Shown here piece after piece: positions 49,307 through 59,129 of a stretch of 64,000 nt of DNA (positions are counted from its first letter, which is position 1; each line of letters begins with the position of its first letter). The stretch is from contig JAYRXE010000037.1 in assembly GCA_041917695.1 (NCBI GenBank), positions 536,173-600,172 of the forward strand, written 5' to 3'. Source of the stretch: Minisyncoccota bacterium (GTDB taxonomy: Bacteria > Patescibacteriota > Minisyncoccia > UBA6257 > GWB1-50-10). The notes beneath the pieces were generated by a model that worked only from the letters and a program-made list of their open reading frames with translations, made no database searches and was not told where the DNA came from. The position numbers and the translations under genes are program-made.

Positions 49307-50398
49307 ATGAATAAAAACATATTGTTGTGGGTAGGTATCGTGCTCGCCGTCGCCCTTACGGGAGCCGCCATCTACTACGCAAAAAACGATGCAGGCACGG
49401 GGGCGACAAACGCGACGTCGACGGAAAGCAACGCGACGTCTACCGCAACCTCCACGCAAAACGAGGGACGCGAGCCCGCAGCGCCCGCCGCTCTCACGAG
49501 TTCGAACGTGACGGTTTCGAATTCATCCGCCGTCGTAACGGGAACGGTCACCCCGAACGGCGCGCAGACCACGTATTGGTATGAATTCGGGAAGACCGCA
49601 AACTTGGGGCTGAAAACCGCCGCAAAGACCGTCGGTTCCGGCTTTGCCGCCATCCCCGCTCCTGAATACATCACGGGGCTTTCGGCGAACACCCAGTATT
49701 ACTTCCGCCTCGTCGCGAAAAATTCCCTGGGCACGTCGAATGGCGCGATCCGCTCGTTCACCACGAACATGATTCCGCCCCAGCAGGGCTCCGCGCCGAG
49801 CGTGTCGAGCGCGGGCGCCGCGTCCATCACGAAATCATCGGCGACGATCCGAGGTAACGTGAATCCGAACGGATGGGACACCTCGTACTGGTTTGAATTC
49901 GGCGAGACGGCGAACCTCGGGAACGTCACCGCGTTCCAGTCCGCCGGCGGAGGGAAGGTCGCCGTAAATGTTTCGGCGGTGCTTTCCGGCCTCAAACCCT
50001 CGACGCGCTATTACTATCGCGTGAACGCCCAAAACCAATTCGGCACGGTGAACGGCGCGGTCTTGAGCTTCGATACGGCGGGACCGGTCGTACCGACCGT
50101 CACCACGAATCCCCCGACCTCCATCACGGGAGTGGCCGCGAGCTTGAACGGCCGCATCGACCCGAAAGGGCTCGAAGCGACGTATTGGTTCGAATACTGG
50201 ACCGACGCGTCGACGCCGGGAACCTCGGTGCTCACCACGCCGAAGCAGACCCTTTCGGCCGACTCGGCTCGCAACGTGAGCGTCACCGTAACCAATCTCT
50301 CGCTCAACACGAAGTACCACGTCCGCCTGGTGGTGACGAACGAATCGGGACCGGTCTACGGAAACACCATAGACTTCCAGACTCGCGCTTCGCGATAA
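49307..50398 (+). CDS. Anchored surface protein with three FN3-like repeats
   Basis: Three repeats of G.V.PNG..T.YW.E.G...L...T.YY.R..A.N..G. Confidence 0.85.
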   Translation: MNKNILLWVGIVLAVALTGAAIYYAKNDAGTGATNATSTESNATSTATSTQNEGREPAAPAALTSSNVTVSNSSAVVTGTVTPNGAQTTYWYEFGKTANLGLKTAAKTVGSGFAAIPAPEYITGLSANTQYYFRLVAKNSLGTSNGAIRSFTTNMIPPQQGSAPSVSSAGAASITKSSATIRGNVNPNGWDTSYWFEFGETANLGNVTAFQSAGGGKVAVNVSAVLSGLKPSTRYYYRVNAQNQFGTVNGAVLSFDTAGPVVPTVTTNPPTSITGVAASLNGRIDPKGLEATYWFEYWTDASTPGTSVLTTPKQTLSADSARNVSVTVTNLSLNTKYHVRLVVTNESGPVYGNTIDFQTRASR

Positions 50399-50453
50399 CA
50401 CACTCATCTCCTGAGATAACAAAAAGACCTTCGTAAGAAGGTCTTTTTGTTCT

Positions 50454-50617
50454 TGGTAGCTCCACGGGGAATCTCACGCGCTTCGCTTTCTGAAACCCGA
50501 CGGTTTCAGTACTTCCGTCTTGGGGAAACATCCGTTTCCCCATCGCCCCTTTAGGTTCAATTCCCGAAAGACCCAAAAACCAAATGGCCGCATTATGCGG
50601 CCATGTGGGGTTTCTTG
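50454..50617 (-). mobile_element. tRNA-Glu-linked multi-hairpin element ending in a duplicated tRNA 3' end
   Basis: GTAGCTCCACGGGGAATC at both 50456-50473 and 50617-50634; interior homologous to the element at 58947-59128. Confidence 0.6.
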
Positions 50618-50689
50618 TAGCTCCACGGGGAATCGAACCCCGATTTCCGCCGTGAAAGGGCGGCGTCCTAGCCGTTAGACGATGAAGCC
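50618..50689 (-). tRNA. tRNA-Glu(TTC)
   Basis: Cloverleaf with ctTTCac loop. Confidence 0.93.
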
Positions 50690-50740
50690 ATCGCGCGACA
50701 GTACTTACTCTACGAATTTACCCCAGGAAATCAATCCCGT

Positions 50741-51112
50741 TTAGTTCTTCTGCGTTATCTGCCAATCGACGATACGCACGATGCCGGAAGGGTCGACATA
50801 AAAATCGACGTTCGCCTTAAAGGCGTTATGCCCGTCCTCGTACTCAACGATCGCCCGCGAGTTCGAAAGGAACTCGATTTTCGTTATATAAAATTTCCCT
50901 CCCAAAACCTCCTTCTCGGGCGAAAGCTCGGAGACCCGCGCCCTGATTTCAGCCTCTACATCGGCCTTCAGCCGGGGCGTAAGTACCCCCTGAAAAGCCG
51001 GATTCGCCTCAGTACCCACCCTCCCGGGGCCGAAAACGTACCAATAAGCCGTCCCAATGCCTCCGGCGAAGATAAGCCCCAAAAAGCCCATAAATGCTAC
51101 CCTTTTCCACAT
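50741..51112 (-). CDS. Single-TM hypothetical protein
   Basis: LSP...VLGG.FY and VEYEDGH motifs; ATG 6 nt after TGgTATAAT. Confidence 0.75.
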   Translation of the reverse strand: MWKRVAFMGFLGLIFAGGIGTAYWYVFGPGRVGTEANPAFQGVLTPRLKADVEAEIRARVSELSPEKEVLGGKFYITKIEFLSNSRAIVEYEDGHNAFKANVDFYVDPSGIVRIVDWQITQKN

Positions 51113-51272
51113 ACCCCCATTATACCAGGGCGGTTTTTGCCCCCAGCCCGGGGGCTATTGACATTTTCTTGAATATATGCTAATATTTAAATAGAAAATG
51201 AATTGGTAAATAAATCAACTCATTTAAATTAAGAAATAATTTAACCATAAATTCATAAAGGAGAAGAAACAA

Positions 51273-51656
51273 ATGAAACTCACAGCAAGATTCGCTTTAA
51301 CCGCATTAGTATTAATCGCTTTATCATCCCCTAACCTGTTTTCACAGACTGTTGCTTCAAGTAACAAAGTTCCCAGCCTTGAACTCAAGGTTGAAAACGG
51401 AATTACCTACGTGCGCACAGGATACGAAAACGGCAGAATCGTTGTTCATAACGATAACGAAATGAACGATTTTGACAGGGAAATAAAGAATACAGTCCCG
51501 ATGCAGTGGGTCCAGCTTAACGGCAATGGCTATGCTTTCAAAGATGGCTATAAATTAAGCCTGGAAAACTCAGAAGGGAGATGGGTAGTGCAGAGAAACG
51601 GAAATGTACTCTGTACAAAAGTGCAAAGCGATCTCACAGCAGAAAAGAACAAGTAA
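51273..51656 (+). CDS. AT-rich secreted orphan protein
   Basis: LFS/Q signal peptide; TTGACA-17-TAATAT (51158-51186); long AT-rich leader; AAGGAG SD; terminator. Confidence 0.8.
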   Translation: MKLTARFALTALVLIALSSPNLFSQTVASSNKVPSLELKVENGITYVRTGYENGRIVVHNDNEMNDFDREIKNTVPMQWVQLNGNGYAFKDGYKLSLENSEGRWVVQRNGNVLCTKVQSDLTAEKNK

Positions 51657-51757
51657 CAAAGATTCCTCCTATAGATTCAAATAAACAAGCGGCCTTCGGG
51701 TCGCTTTTTTATTAATTAAAAAACCCCGCGCACGCGGGGTTTTTCTTTCATCCCTCC

Positions 51758-52858
51758 TTATTTCAACACGCTCCACATCGCCGGATCGTTCTCGCCGTTC
51801 ACCGAGAAGACGGATACTCCGCGAAGCTTGTATTTTTTCGCCAAGGCAACTTTTTCGGCGATGGCCGAAGCGTCCGGTATCCACGCGAGGCGGATGGACG
51901 AACCCGAAAGATATATCGCGCTTGCCTCCCCTGCCAGGTTCCGGATGACCGGCGCGCCGGTCGCGTTCCGAATATCCGTAAAGTCCTTGTAGGTGATGCT
52001 CCGGAGGCGGTTATAGCCCAGGGTCGGCGCCCCGCCGTTTACGCCCGGGACAAGCGCCACTTCATACTCGTAGCCGAAGGTCGCCACGCCGAGCATCACT
52101 TTCTTCGGCGAGATGGTCTTCGTCGTTTCCTTGATCACCTTTTCGACCCAGTCCTTGTCGGCGACGGGAAGATACGGCCGCCCCGTTCCTTTCGATTCGT
52201 TGAGCTTGATATCCACGTTCCGCTGGTCGTACGTCATCACCTTCACCTCGTCGCAATACTGGTTCAGCACGGTGTAGTCGTTCACGTATTGTATCTCGGA
52301 CGGAGGCGGAATCACTTTGAAGCGCGACTCAAGCGGGGTGCGCGGCTCGATGGTGCAGGAGAGCGTCTTCTTGCGGGCGTGGAGCGCGGTGCCGAGCTCC
52401 TTTATGAACGCGGAGAAATACGGCGCGGTCTCGGCGGTTTTGGACTCGTAATCGATATCGACGCCGTCGTACTTGTACTGGTCGACATGCGCGAGAATCT
52501 GGCTTACGTGGTCGGCGCGCGTCGTGGAGCTCGAGAGCGTGGCGAATATCGCATCGCCGTCGTGCCAGGCTATCGTGGGCACCATCTTCACCTTTTCAGC
52601 CTTCGCATCGAGCCAAAAGTCCTGCCACATGATGTCGTCGATTCCGACGAGGTCGACGATAGCGCCGTTTTGCACCTCGTAGGAGAAAGGATTCAGCTCC
52701 CAAATCGGCTTCAGGTGCGGAGCGGCTTCCTTCACGCCCGCATCATCCTTCCAGTACGGAATCCACACGCTGATCGGAAGCGACGCGGCCGATGCGCCAA
52801 AAGGCATCGCGATAACGGCTACCATGAGCCCTAAAAATATTTTTTTGAACATATACAT
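51758..52858 (-). CDS. Secreted GH18 family glycoside hydrolase
   Basis: DGVDIDYE catalytic motif, VMTYD and LRGVSVF. Confidence 0.88.
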   Translation of the reverse strand: MYMFKKIFLGLMVAVIAMPFGASAASLPISVWIPYWKDDAGVKEAAPHLKPIWELNPFSYEVQNGAIVDLVGIDDIMWQDFWLDAKAEKVKMVPTIAWHDGDAIFATLSSSTTRADHVSQILAHVDQYKYDGVDIDYESKTAETAPYFSAFIKELGTALHARKKTLSCTIEPRTPLESRFKVIPPPSEIQYVNDYTVLNQYCDEVKVMTYDQRNVDIKLNESKGTGRPYLPVADKDWVEKVIKETTKTISPKKVMLGVATFGYEYEVALVPGVNGGAPTLGYNRLRSITYKDFTDIRNATGAPVIRNLAGEASAIYLSGSSIRLAWIPDASAIAEKVALAKKYKLRGVSVFSVNGENDPAMWSVLK

Positions 52859-52990
52859 TAATTAATACGATACGCGCGACTTTTCGTTACTCTACCGTCA
52901 TTTTATCACACCTTTTCCGCTCCGCATTGACCGCTGAAAAAGCAGGAAATAAAATGATTCTTGTCGTACCTATCAACAATCATCCATTTT

Positions 52991-53527
52991 ATGAGGAATA
53001 TCTTTAGAAAACGGACGGGAGCGACGGCGCTCCAAACGGTTCTCTCGGTTTTAGCGGTCGTCGCGGTCGGCGTCGGTGCGTGGTTTGCCTTCTCCAAGAA
53101 CAAAACCGCCCCTCAGCCCGAGGGAATCACCCCTTCGACCAACGAGCCTGCAGCGAATGGCTCGGAGAATGCCGCCACTTCGTCTGCGTCAGAAAATACG
53201 AACGGCGGGACCGCCAATGCCTCCGGCTATAAGGACGGCACCTACACGGCGACCGGAAATTACCTTTCTCCCGGCGGCGCGGAATCCATCGGCGTTACGC
53301 TTACCTTGAAAGACGGCGTAGTCACCTCAGCTGCCGTGCAAACGATGGGACGCGAACGCGAATCGCGCGAGATGCAAAAAGCATTCGCGGGAGGATTCAA
53401 AACGTATGTTATCGGGAAATCCATCGCGACGCTTTCGGTGGACAAAGTTTCAGGCTCATCGCTCACCCCGAAGGGATTCAACGATGCGGTGGTGAAAATC
53501 CGCGCACAGGCCCAGGTCCAAGGCTAA
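52991..53527 (+). CDS. Extracytoplasmic FMN-binding (flavinylated) protein
   Basis: YKDGTY..G.Y.SPGG and DKVSGSSLT flavinylation-type motif; adjacent to apbE. Confidence 0.82.
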   Translation: MRNIFRKRTGATALQTVLSVLAVVAVGVGAWFAFSKNKTAPQPEGITPSTNEPAANGSENAATSSASENTNGGTANASGYKDGTYTATGNYLSPGGAESIGVTLTLKDGVVTSAAVQTMGRERESREMQKAFAGGFKTYVIGKSIATLSVDKVSGSSLTPKGFNDAVVKIRAQAQVQG

Positions 53528-53530
53528 GCC

Positions 53531-54415
53531 ATGCGCGCGCCGGACTTCACGTTCGAAGCTATCGGCACCGCGTGGTCCATCCACGTAACGAGCGAGCTCT
53601 CTAGCGAGGCTCGCTCGCTTCTTTTTGAAGACATCCTTCACCGCATCGGCGAATTCGACAGGAACTATTCCCGTTTCCGCGCCGATTCGCTCGTGACGAA
53701 AATGTCCCGCGAGGCCGGAACGTACGAACTTCCCGACGATGCCGGGCCGATGCTCGAGCTCTACCGCAATTTGTATGAGCTCACGGGCGGACTCATGACC
53801 CCCCTCGTCGGGCGCCTGATGGAGGAGGCGGGCTACGACGCTTCCTATTCGCTCGTTACGCGCGAGCTCCACGAACCTCCGGCGTGGGAAACGGCGCTTT
53901 CGTACGAGCCTCCCACCCTCTCCGTCCTCGAGCCGGTCTTGCTTGATTTCGGCGCGGCGGGGAAAGGCTATCTCGTCGATCTCGTAGGCGGGGTGATGCG
54001 GAAGCATGGCGTCCGTTCGTACACCATCGATGCGGGGAGCGACATCCTCCACGCGAGCGAAACGGGAGAATCGCTTCGCATCGGCCTTGAAAACCCCGAG
54101 AACACCCGCGAAGTCGTCGGCGTTACCCCGCTTGGCGAGGGCGCGCTCTGCGCCTCCGCGGGAAACCGGCGCACGTGGGGCGACTTCCACCACATCATCC
54201 ATCCCCGCCTTCTCGCTTCCCCGAAGCATATTGCGGGAACGTGGGTAAAAGCGGAGACGGCACTTCTCGCCGACGGTCTTGCCACCGCGCTCTTTTTCGT
54301 CGAGCCCGCCGTGCTCGGGAAGCGCTACGAATTCGATTACGCCATCCTCTCCAGCGACAAATTGCTTTCCGTTTCGGAAGGATTCTCGGGAGATTTTTTT
54401 GCGGATTCCCGGTAA
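53531..54415 (+). CDS. apbE: FAD:protein FMN transferase
   Basis: AIGT, SRFR.DS, LDFGAAGKGY, HHIIHP and ADGLATA motifs. Confidence 0.9.
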   Translation: MRAPDFTFEAIGTAWSIHVTSELSSEARSLLFEDILHRIGEFDRNYSRFRADSLVTKMSREAGTYELPDDAGPMLELYRNLYELTGGLMTPLVGRLMEEAGYDASYSLVTRELHEPPAWETALSYEPPTLSVLEPVLLDFGAAGKGYLVDLVGGVMRKHGVRSYTIDAGSDILHASETGESLRIGLENPENTREVVGVTPLGEGALCASAGNRRTWGDFHHIIHPRLLASPKHIAGTWVKAETALLADGLATALFFVEPAVLGKRYEFDYAILSSDKLLSVSEGFSGDFFADSR

Positions 54416-54429
54416 GGTAAACTTATTTC

Positions 54430-55941
54430 ATGCGATATATCGATTCCCTCCTTAATTCGGTTACGATGTACCGACTTGTCTTGTACGGTCTTACGGCGCT
54501 TGCCGCGTGCGCGTTCCTGTTAAGTCTTTTCGGCGCCGTACACTATCCCCCGCTCAATCTTTTCTTTTCGCTTCTTATTCTCGTCGCCGTCGCCTGGGGG
54601 TTGAACGAGCTTCTTGCGCGCCTCTTCAAAGCGCCGGTAAACGTCGAATCGGCGTACATCACCGCCTTCATCCTTTTCTTCCTTCTCACGCCCCCGGGAA
54701 ACTTTTTCGAGGCGTTCCTTACCGCCGGCGCGGGAGCGCTCGCCATCGCTTCGAAATATTTCTTCGTCTACAAGAAAAAACATTTTTTGAATCCCGCGGC
54801 GGCGGGCGCGTTCCTGCTCGGCCTTTTCGGCTTCGGCCTTTCGGTATGGTGGGTCGCGACGCCGATCCTTTCCGTTCTCACCGCCATCGTCGGGTTTTTG
54901 GTCGCGCGGAAAATCCGCCGTCTGCCCCTCTACTTCACGTTCATTCTCTTCGCGCTTCTCTCCGTCGCGCTCTTTGCGTATTCAAACGGCGCAAACCCGT
55001 GGCAAACCGCGCTTGAGTCGCTCCTTTCCTGGCCCGTCTTCTTCCTCGCGGGATTCATGCTTACGGAGCCGCTCACGACCCCGCCCACCCGTTCGCTCCA
55101 GATCATCTACGGCCTCCTCGTCGGCCTGCTCTTTGCGCTCCCCTTCGAAGCGGGTCCCGTCTTTTCCTCGCCCGAACTCGCCCTGCTTCTCGGAAACGTA
55201 TTCTCGTTTTTCGTAAGTATGAAGGGACGCCTTGTGCTTACCCTCGCGGGTAAACGCACGGAAGGAATCGATATATACGACTTCGCTTTTTCCGCCGACC
55301 GGAAGCTCGCATTCCAGCCGGGCCAGTACCTGGAGTGGACGCTTCCGCGCGCTTCCCCCGATTCCCGCGGAAACCGGCGGTATTTCACGATTGCCTCTTC
55401 CCCGACCGAAAAAGATTTGCACCTTGGCGCCCGCGTTATGGAAAAGTCATCGAGCTTCAAGCGGGCGCTCCTCGCGCTCCGCGAAGGCGAAAAAATATTC
55501 GCGGGAGAACTGCGCGGAGACTTTACCCTGCCGGAAGACAAAAATCGGAAGCTCGCCTGGATCGGCGGGGGCGTGGGAATCACGCCGTTCCGGAGCATGG
55601 CGAAATATCTTACGGATACTTCCGAGAAAAGGGATATCGTCCTTTTCTACGCCTGCGTGAAACGTGAAAGCTTCGCCTACGGCGACATCTTCGATGATGC
55701 ACAGCGCGTAGGGATTAAAACCCGATACGTCATCACGGACCCGCATAATCTTCCGGAAAATTGGGACGGCCTCGCGGGACCGCTGAGCCCGGGAATGCTC
55801 ACGGATGCGCTCCCGGACTGGAAAGAGCGCCTGTTTTACCTCTCCGGACCCCAGGGAATGGTGGACGCGTACCGCGATATGCTCCGGGGAATGGGCGTGC
55901 ATCGGAAAAACATCTGTACGGATTATTTCCCCGGATTTTAA
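54430..55941 (+). CDS. NqrB/RnfD-like membrane domain fused to FNR-type FAD/NAD(P)H oxidoreductase
   Basis: SKY...KHFLNPAA and FMLTEPLTTP, then RYFTIASSP, GGVGITPF, YLSGP and DYFPGF. Confidence 0.88.
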   Translation: MRYIDSLLNSVTMYRLVLYGLTALAACAFLLSLFGAVHYPPLNLFFSLLILVAVAWGLNELLARLFKAPVNVESAYITAFILFFLLTPPGNFFEAFLTAGAGALAIASKYFFVYKKKHFLNPAAAGAFLLGLFGFGLSVWWVATPILSVLTAIVGFLVARKIRRLPLYFTFILFALLSVALFAYSNGANPWQTALESLLSWPVFFLAGFMLTEPLTTPPTRSLQIIYGLLVGLLFALPFEAGPVFSSPELALLLGNVFSFFVSMKGRLVLTLAGKRTEGIDIYDFAFSADRKLAFQPGQYLEWTLPRASPDSRGNRRYFTIASSPTEKDLHLGARVMEKSSSFKRALLALREGEKIFAGELRGDFTLPEDKNRKLAWIGGGVGITPFRSMAKYLTDTSEKRDIVLFYACVKRESFAYGDIFDDAQRVGIKTRYVITDPHNLPENWDGLAGPLSPGMLTDALPDWKERLFYLSGPQGMVDAYRDMLRGMGVHRKNICTDYFPGF

Positions 55942-56021
55942 AAAATCCCCGCCTCAGGCGGGGATTTTTCATGTACCAAAAGGAAGTCGCACATCGGCAT
56001 GGTTATTCGTATATATAGATG

Positions 56022-56052
56022 TTGACTCTTACGCGGCGTAATACCTTACTCT
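56022..56052 (+). promoter_or_regulatory. MerR-type promoter/operator
   Basis: TTGACT-19 bp-TACTCT with dyad TTACGC-G-GCGTAA in the spacer. Confidence 0.85.
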
Positions 56053-56116
56053 TCCGCATGGTGACGCCTCGAAGCGGTCAGGCGTACGTCGACACCAAAA
56101 AACGCTCACTCTTCAT

Positions 56117-56872
56117 ATGACCTATTCAGTGAAAAAACTCGCACGGCTCGCAAACGTAAGCGTCCGCACGCTCCATTACTACGACACCATCGGGCTTTTG
56201 ACCCCCAAACGCGTGGCGGGCAATAATTACCGCGAATACGGCGAAGCGGAACTTTTAAAGCTCCAGCAAATCCTTTTCTTCCGCGAGCTCGATTTTCCGC
56301 TCGAGGAAATCAAGCGCATCCTGAACGAACCCGGATTCGACATGCTCGCCGCCCTCCGCGACCAGAAACGGCTCATCGAGATGCGGAAAAACCGCCTCCT
56401 GAATCTCATGAAGACCATCGAGCGGACCATGAAGAAAATACAAAACGAAACGACTATGGAAGACAAAGAACTCTACGGCAATTTCTCCAAAGAGGAGATG
56501 GACGAGTACGCGCGCGAAGCGAAGGCCCGCTGGGGCACCACGGACGCGTACAAAGAGTCCCAGGAACGGACTAAGAACTGGACGAAGGAAGACTACGCGC
56601 GCGTAGCGAAGGCCGGCGACGAATTGATGAAAAAAATCGCGTCGCATATGGCGCTCGGCGCCGCTTCTCCCGAAGTGCAGGCGCTCATTGCCGAGCATTA
56701 CAATAGCCTCCGCGCCTTCTACGAGCCGAACTTGGAAATGTACGTCGGCCTCGCGAATATGTACGTGGACGATCCCCGCTTCCGCGCGACGTTCGAGCGG
56801 TACGACAAAGACCTGCCCGAATTCATGCGCGACGCGATGCTTGCGTACGTGGAGAAACAAAAAACCGGCTAA
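56117..56872 (+). CDS. MerR family regulator with TipAS domain (TipA/Mta-like)
   Basis: VSVRTLHYYD.IGLL, EAKARWG.TDAY.ES and MYVDDPRF motifs. Confidence 0.92.
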   Translation: MTYSVKKLARLANVSVRTLHYYDTIGLLTPKRVAGNNYREYGEAELLKLQQILFFRELDFPLEEIKRILNEPGFDMLAALRDQKRLIEMRKNRLLNLMKTIERTMKKIQNETTMEDKELYGNFSKEEMDEYAREAKARWGTTDAYKESQERTKNWTKEDYARVAKAGDELMKKIASHMALGAASPEVQALIAEHYNSLRAFYEPNLEMYVGLANMYVDDPRFRATFERYDKDLPEFMRDAMLAYVEKQKTG

Positions 56873-56946
56873 GAAGCCGGTTTTTAAAATCAAACGGCGC
56901 TCTAGGCTTCAAAAGCCTGCTAGCCGTGAGGTGCTCGGAAATAGCT

Positions 56947-57699
56947 TCAGTACTTCAGGAGTACATTCTCGATAAGGTCGAGAGCGAATTCGGTTGTCTT
57001 GTGAGACGAGAACACAATCCCTGAAGGGTGACCCGCACTATTGCGAACACCGAGCTTCTCGTCGAGAATCTTTCGCACGTCCTTCGATATGACATTTGCA
57101 CTACGCATGAGCTCTATAACACGCGACTCCTTCAATTCTGCGAAGTCATCGTAGGCAACAACGGGCTTCATCTTCTTGTCGGAATGTGCCGCAATTGCAG
57201 CATTAAATTCCGTGAGGTATTTGCCGAAAGTGTATTTCTGCAGGTGATCCATCGTCAGAACCCAAACCATGATGATCGTCGCACGATACGATTCCACTCG
57301 ATAGCAGCGTATCGCTTCTTCCAAGAAGTTGCGCTCCTGAGAGTCCGTGAGTTTTGGGACAAGATCCAGAAGTTGTTTTCCGACTTGTACCCGCTTTGGC
57401 TCTGAATCGACGGCAATACGGATTTCATCGAACACCGAACGTTCAAGCCGATAGCCTTTCGCGTGCTTGATGTAGCGGCCGCCTTTCTTGTTTACCTCTT
57501 CGGAGAGATAGACAGAGAGACGTGAGTAGGGACGGAGATCGAGTAGTTCCATGCACTCCTCGATATCGGCCACAGCCGCACTTTCGGCAGTTGGCTGAGT
57601 AAGCAGGTAGTAGGCAAGATAATCAACCTGTTTCGTTGCCGACCAACTAGCAAAGTCAGGGAAGCGTGTGACGAATAGATTTAATTCTTCGCGAGTCAT
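56947..57699 (-). CDS. wHTH-like N-terminus + HEPN-like C-terminal domain
   Basis: FLEEAIRCY....RATIIMVW helix and R-X4-H motif RNSAGH. Confidence 0.7.
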   Translation of the reverse strand: MTREELNLFVTRFPDFASWSATKQVDYLAYYLLTQPTAESAAVADIEECMELLDLRPYSRLSVYLSEEVNKKGGRYIKHAKGYRLERSVFDEIRIAVDSEPKRVQVGKQLLDLVPKLTDSQERNFLEEAIRCYRVESYRATIIMVWVLTMDHLQKYTFGKYLTEFNAAIAAHSDKKMKPVVAYDDFAELKESRVIELMRSANVISKDVRKILDEKLGVRNSAGHPSGIVFSSHKTTEFALDLIENVLLKY

Positions 57700-58130
57700 G
57701 TGGTTTTCTTGCTAAACCCCTTCTGCACAATTTCTTCACCACTGCGCGTCAGCACCCATGCTTTGAGGCTGCTCTTCTTCTCTTTTTCCTCCATAAGGTG
57801 ACCTTTTGCCACGCACATGTTCGCTTTATCGTTGATATTGGCCGGAACGGGTTCTTTGGCAGCGCGAAATCCTTTTTCGAGGTCGGCTCCGTTGAAAGGA
57901 GTAACACCATCATGATGTTCGAGGTAATATCCGATCGCGAGAGTCATCTGCACCGCGTTTCCGGGAGCACGGTCGATGATGAATTCCTTTATTGACATCT
58001 TCTTTTCGGTTGGTCGTGTGATGACCGGCTCGGTTGATCGCGGGCTATCCTCCAGGCGAGCAACACGCTCACCCAAGCCCTCAACCGAGGAGAGAATTTC
58101 TTCGAGGATTTTCTTCATCTCTGGGTCCAT
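57696..58130 (-). CDS. Coiled coil + winged-helix-like protein
   Basis: SIKEFI, LAIGYYL, P.NIND and W.LT.SG wing pattern. Confidence 0.65.
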   Translation of the reverse strand: MDPEMKKILEEILSSVEGLGERVARLEDSPRSTEPVITRPTEKKMSIKEFIIDRAPGNAVQMTLAIGYYLEHHDGVTPFNGADLEKGFRAAKEPVPANINDKANMCVAKGHLMEEKEKKSSLKAWVLTRSGEEIVQKGFSKKTT

Positions 58131-58132
58131 AA

Positions 58133-58537
58133 CTATGCGTTTTTTGTTACCCCTTTCTCGAGACGTTCAATGACCGCATCAACGTGCCGGTTAGGGATCT
58201 CGTAATTCTTTCCACTGCCCGCAAGGAAGCTGTCCTTCCTGAGCTTCTGAATGAGCGGATCGACGGTGCCTTTCGGCAATTCAGTCTTCTCATGCACTTC
58301 CTTACCGGAAGTACCTGCGTCTTCGATAACCCCCTCGGCCTTAAGGAGCTTTTTCACGAGGCAGTAAGCGAGAACTTTTTCCTCATTTTTGAGCGCCTTA
58401 CCCCCTTTAGTGTAGAACACACTGTCTCCCCCGCGCTGAATACTAAGTATCGGCTTGAGCGCATTTACGGCCCGCGTCGTATCGAATGCGCCGCCGTCCG
58501 TGTAAAGCTCCTCGAGCAATGATTTTTTGTCTGTCAT
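58133..58537 (-). CDS. Winged-helix-like protein
   Basis: SGKEVHEKTELPKGTVDPLIQKL HTH-like segment; TTGACA-16-TATACT promoter at 58574-58601. Confidence 0.65.
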   Translation of the reverse strand: MTDKKSLLEELYTDGGAFDTTRAVNALKPILSIQRGGDSVFYTKGGKALKNEEKVLAYCLVKKLLKAEGVIEDAGTSGKEVHEKTELPKGTVDPLIQKLRKDSFLAGSGKNYEIPNRHVDAVIERLEKGVTKNA

Positions 58538-58946
58538 AACGTTACGTATTAGTAGATAAACGACTTTACTCCAAGTATAGAAAAGTGGAATTATATGTCA
58601 AGCGGGTTCGAGTCTTTCACTTATTCATAATTGATAATCCAGCAAATTTATATAGAAACAGAGCATATTGCCTTTTATTATGACAAGCGGAAATATACAT
58701 TTTTACAGTGTTATCCAAAATGTCCTTTATCTAAGCTATATTTTCTCCTTTTTTTACAAGTCAAAATGGAGTTTGAAAATATTCATAAAATTTCCACTGC
58801 ATATAGAGGCCCTATACTAGGTTTTGATAAATGAGTCCTAATTAAGCACCGACGTGAAAGACGTGCATTCTTCGAACATATATCGTCGGCTCGACCAAAG
58901 GAAGACCCAAGACTGAGCCTCGGGCCTTCCGATAAGAAAAATTCGT

Positions 58947-59128
58947 GCGGAGGCGGAAGGCAAGACGAGATTCGAACGCGCTCACTGCCGTTCGCTTTTG
59001 AAAACCCTCGGTTTTCAATACTTTCCTACACAGGGAACCGGGCGCGGTTCCCTGACACCTTCCACTGTTCGAATCCTCTGAACTGACACGGAATACAAAT
59101 ACCGGCATAAAGCCGGTATTTTTATTCA
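58947..59128 (-). mobile_element. tRNA-Ser-linked multi-hairpin element ending in a duplicated tRNA 3' end
   Basis: GCGGAGGCGGAAGG at both 58947-58960 and 59129-59142; interior homologous to the tRNA-Glu element. Confidence 0.6.
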
Positions 59129-59129
59129 G

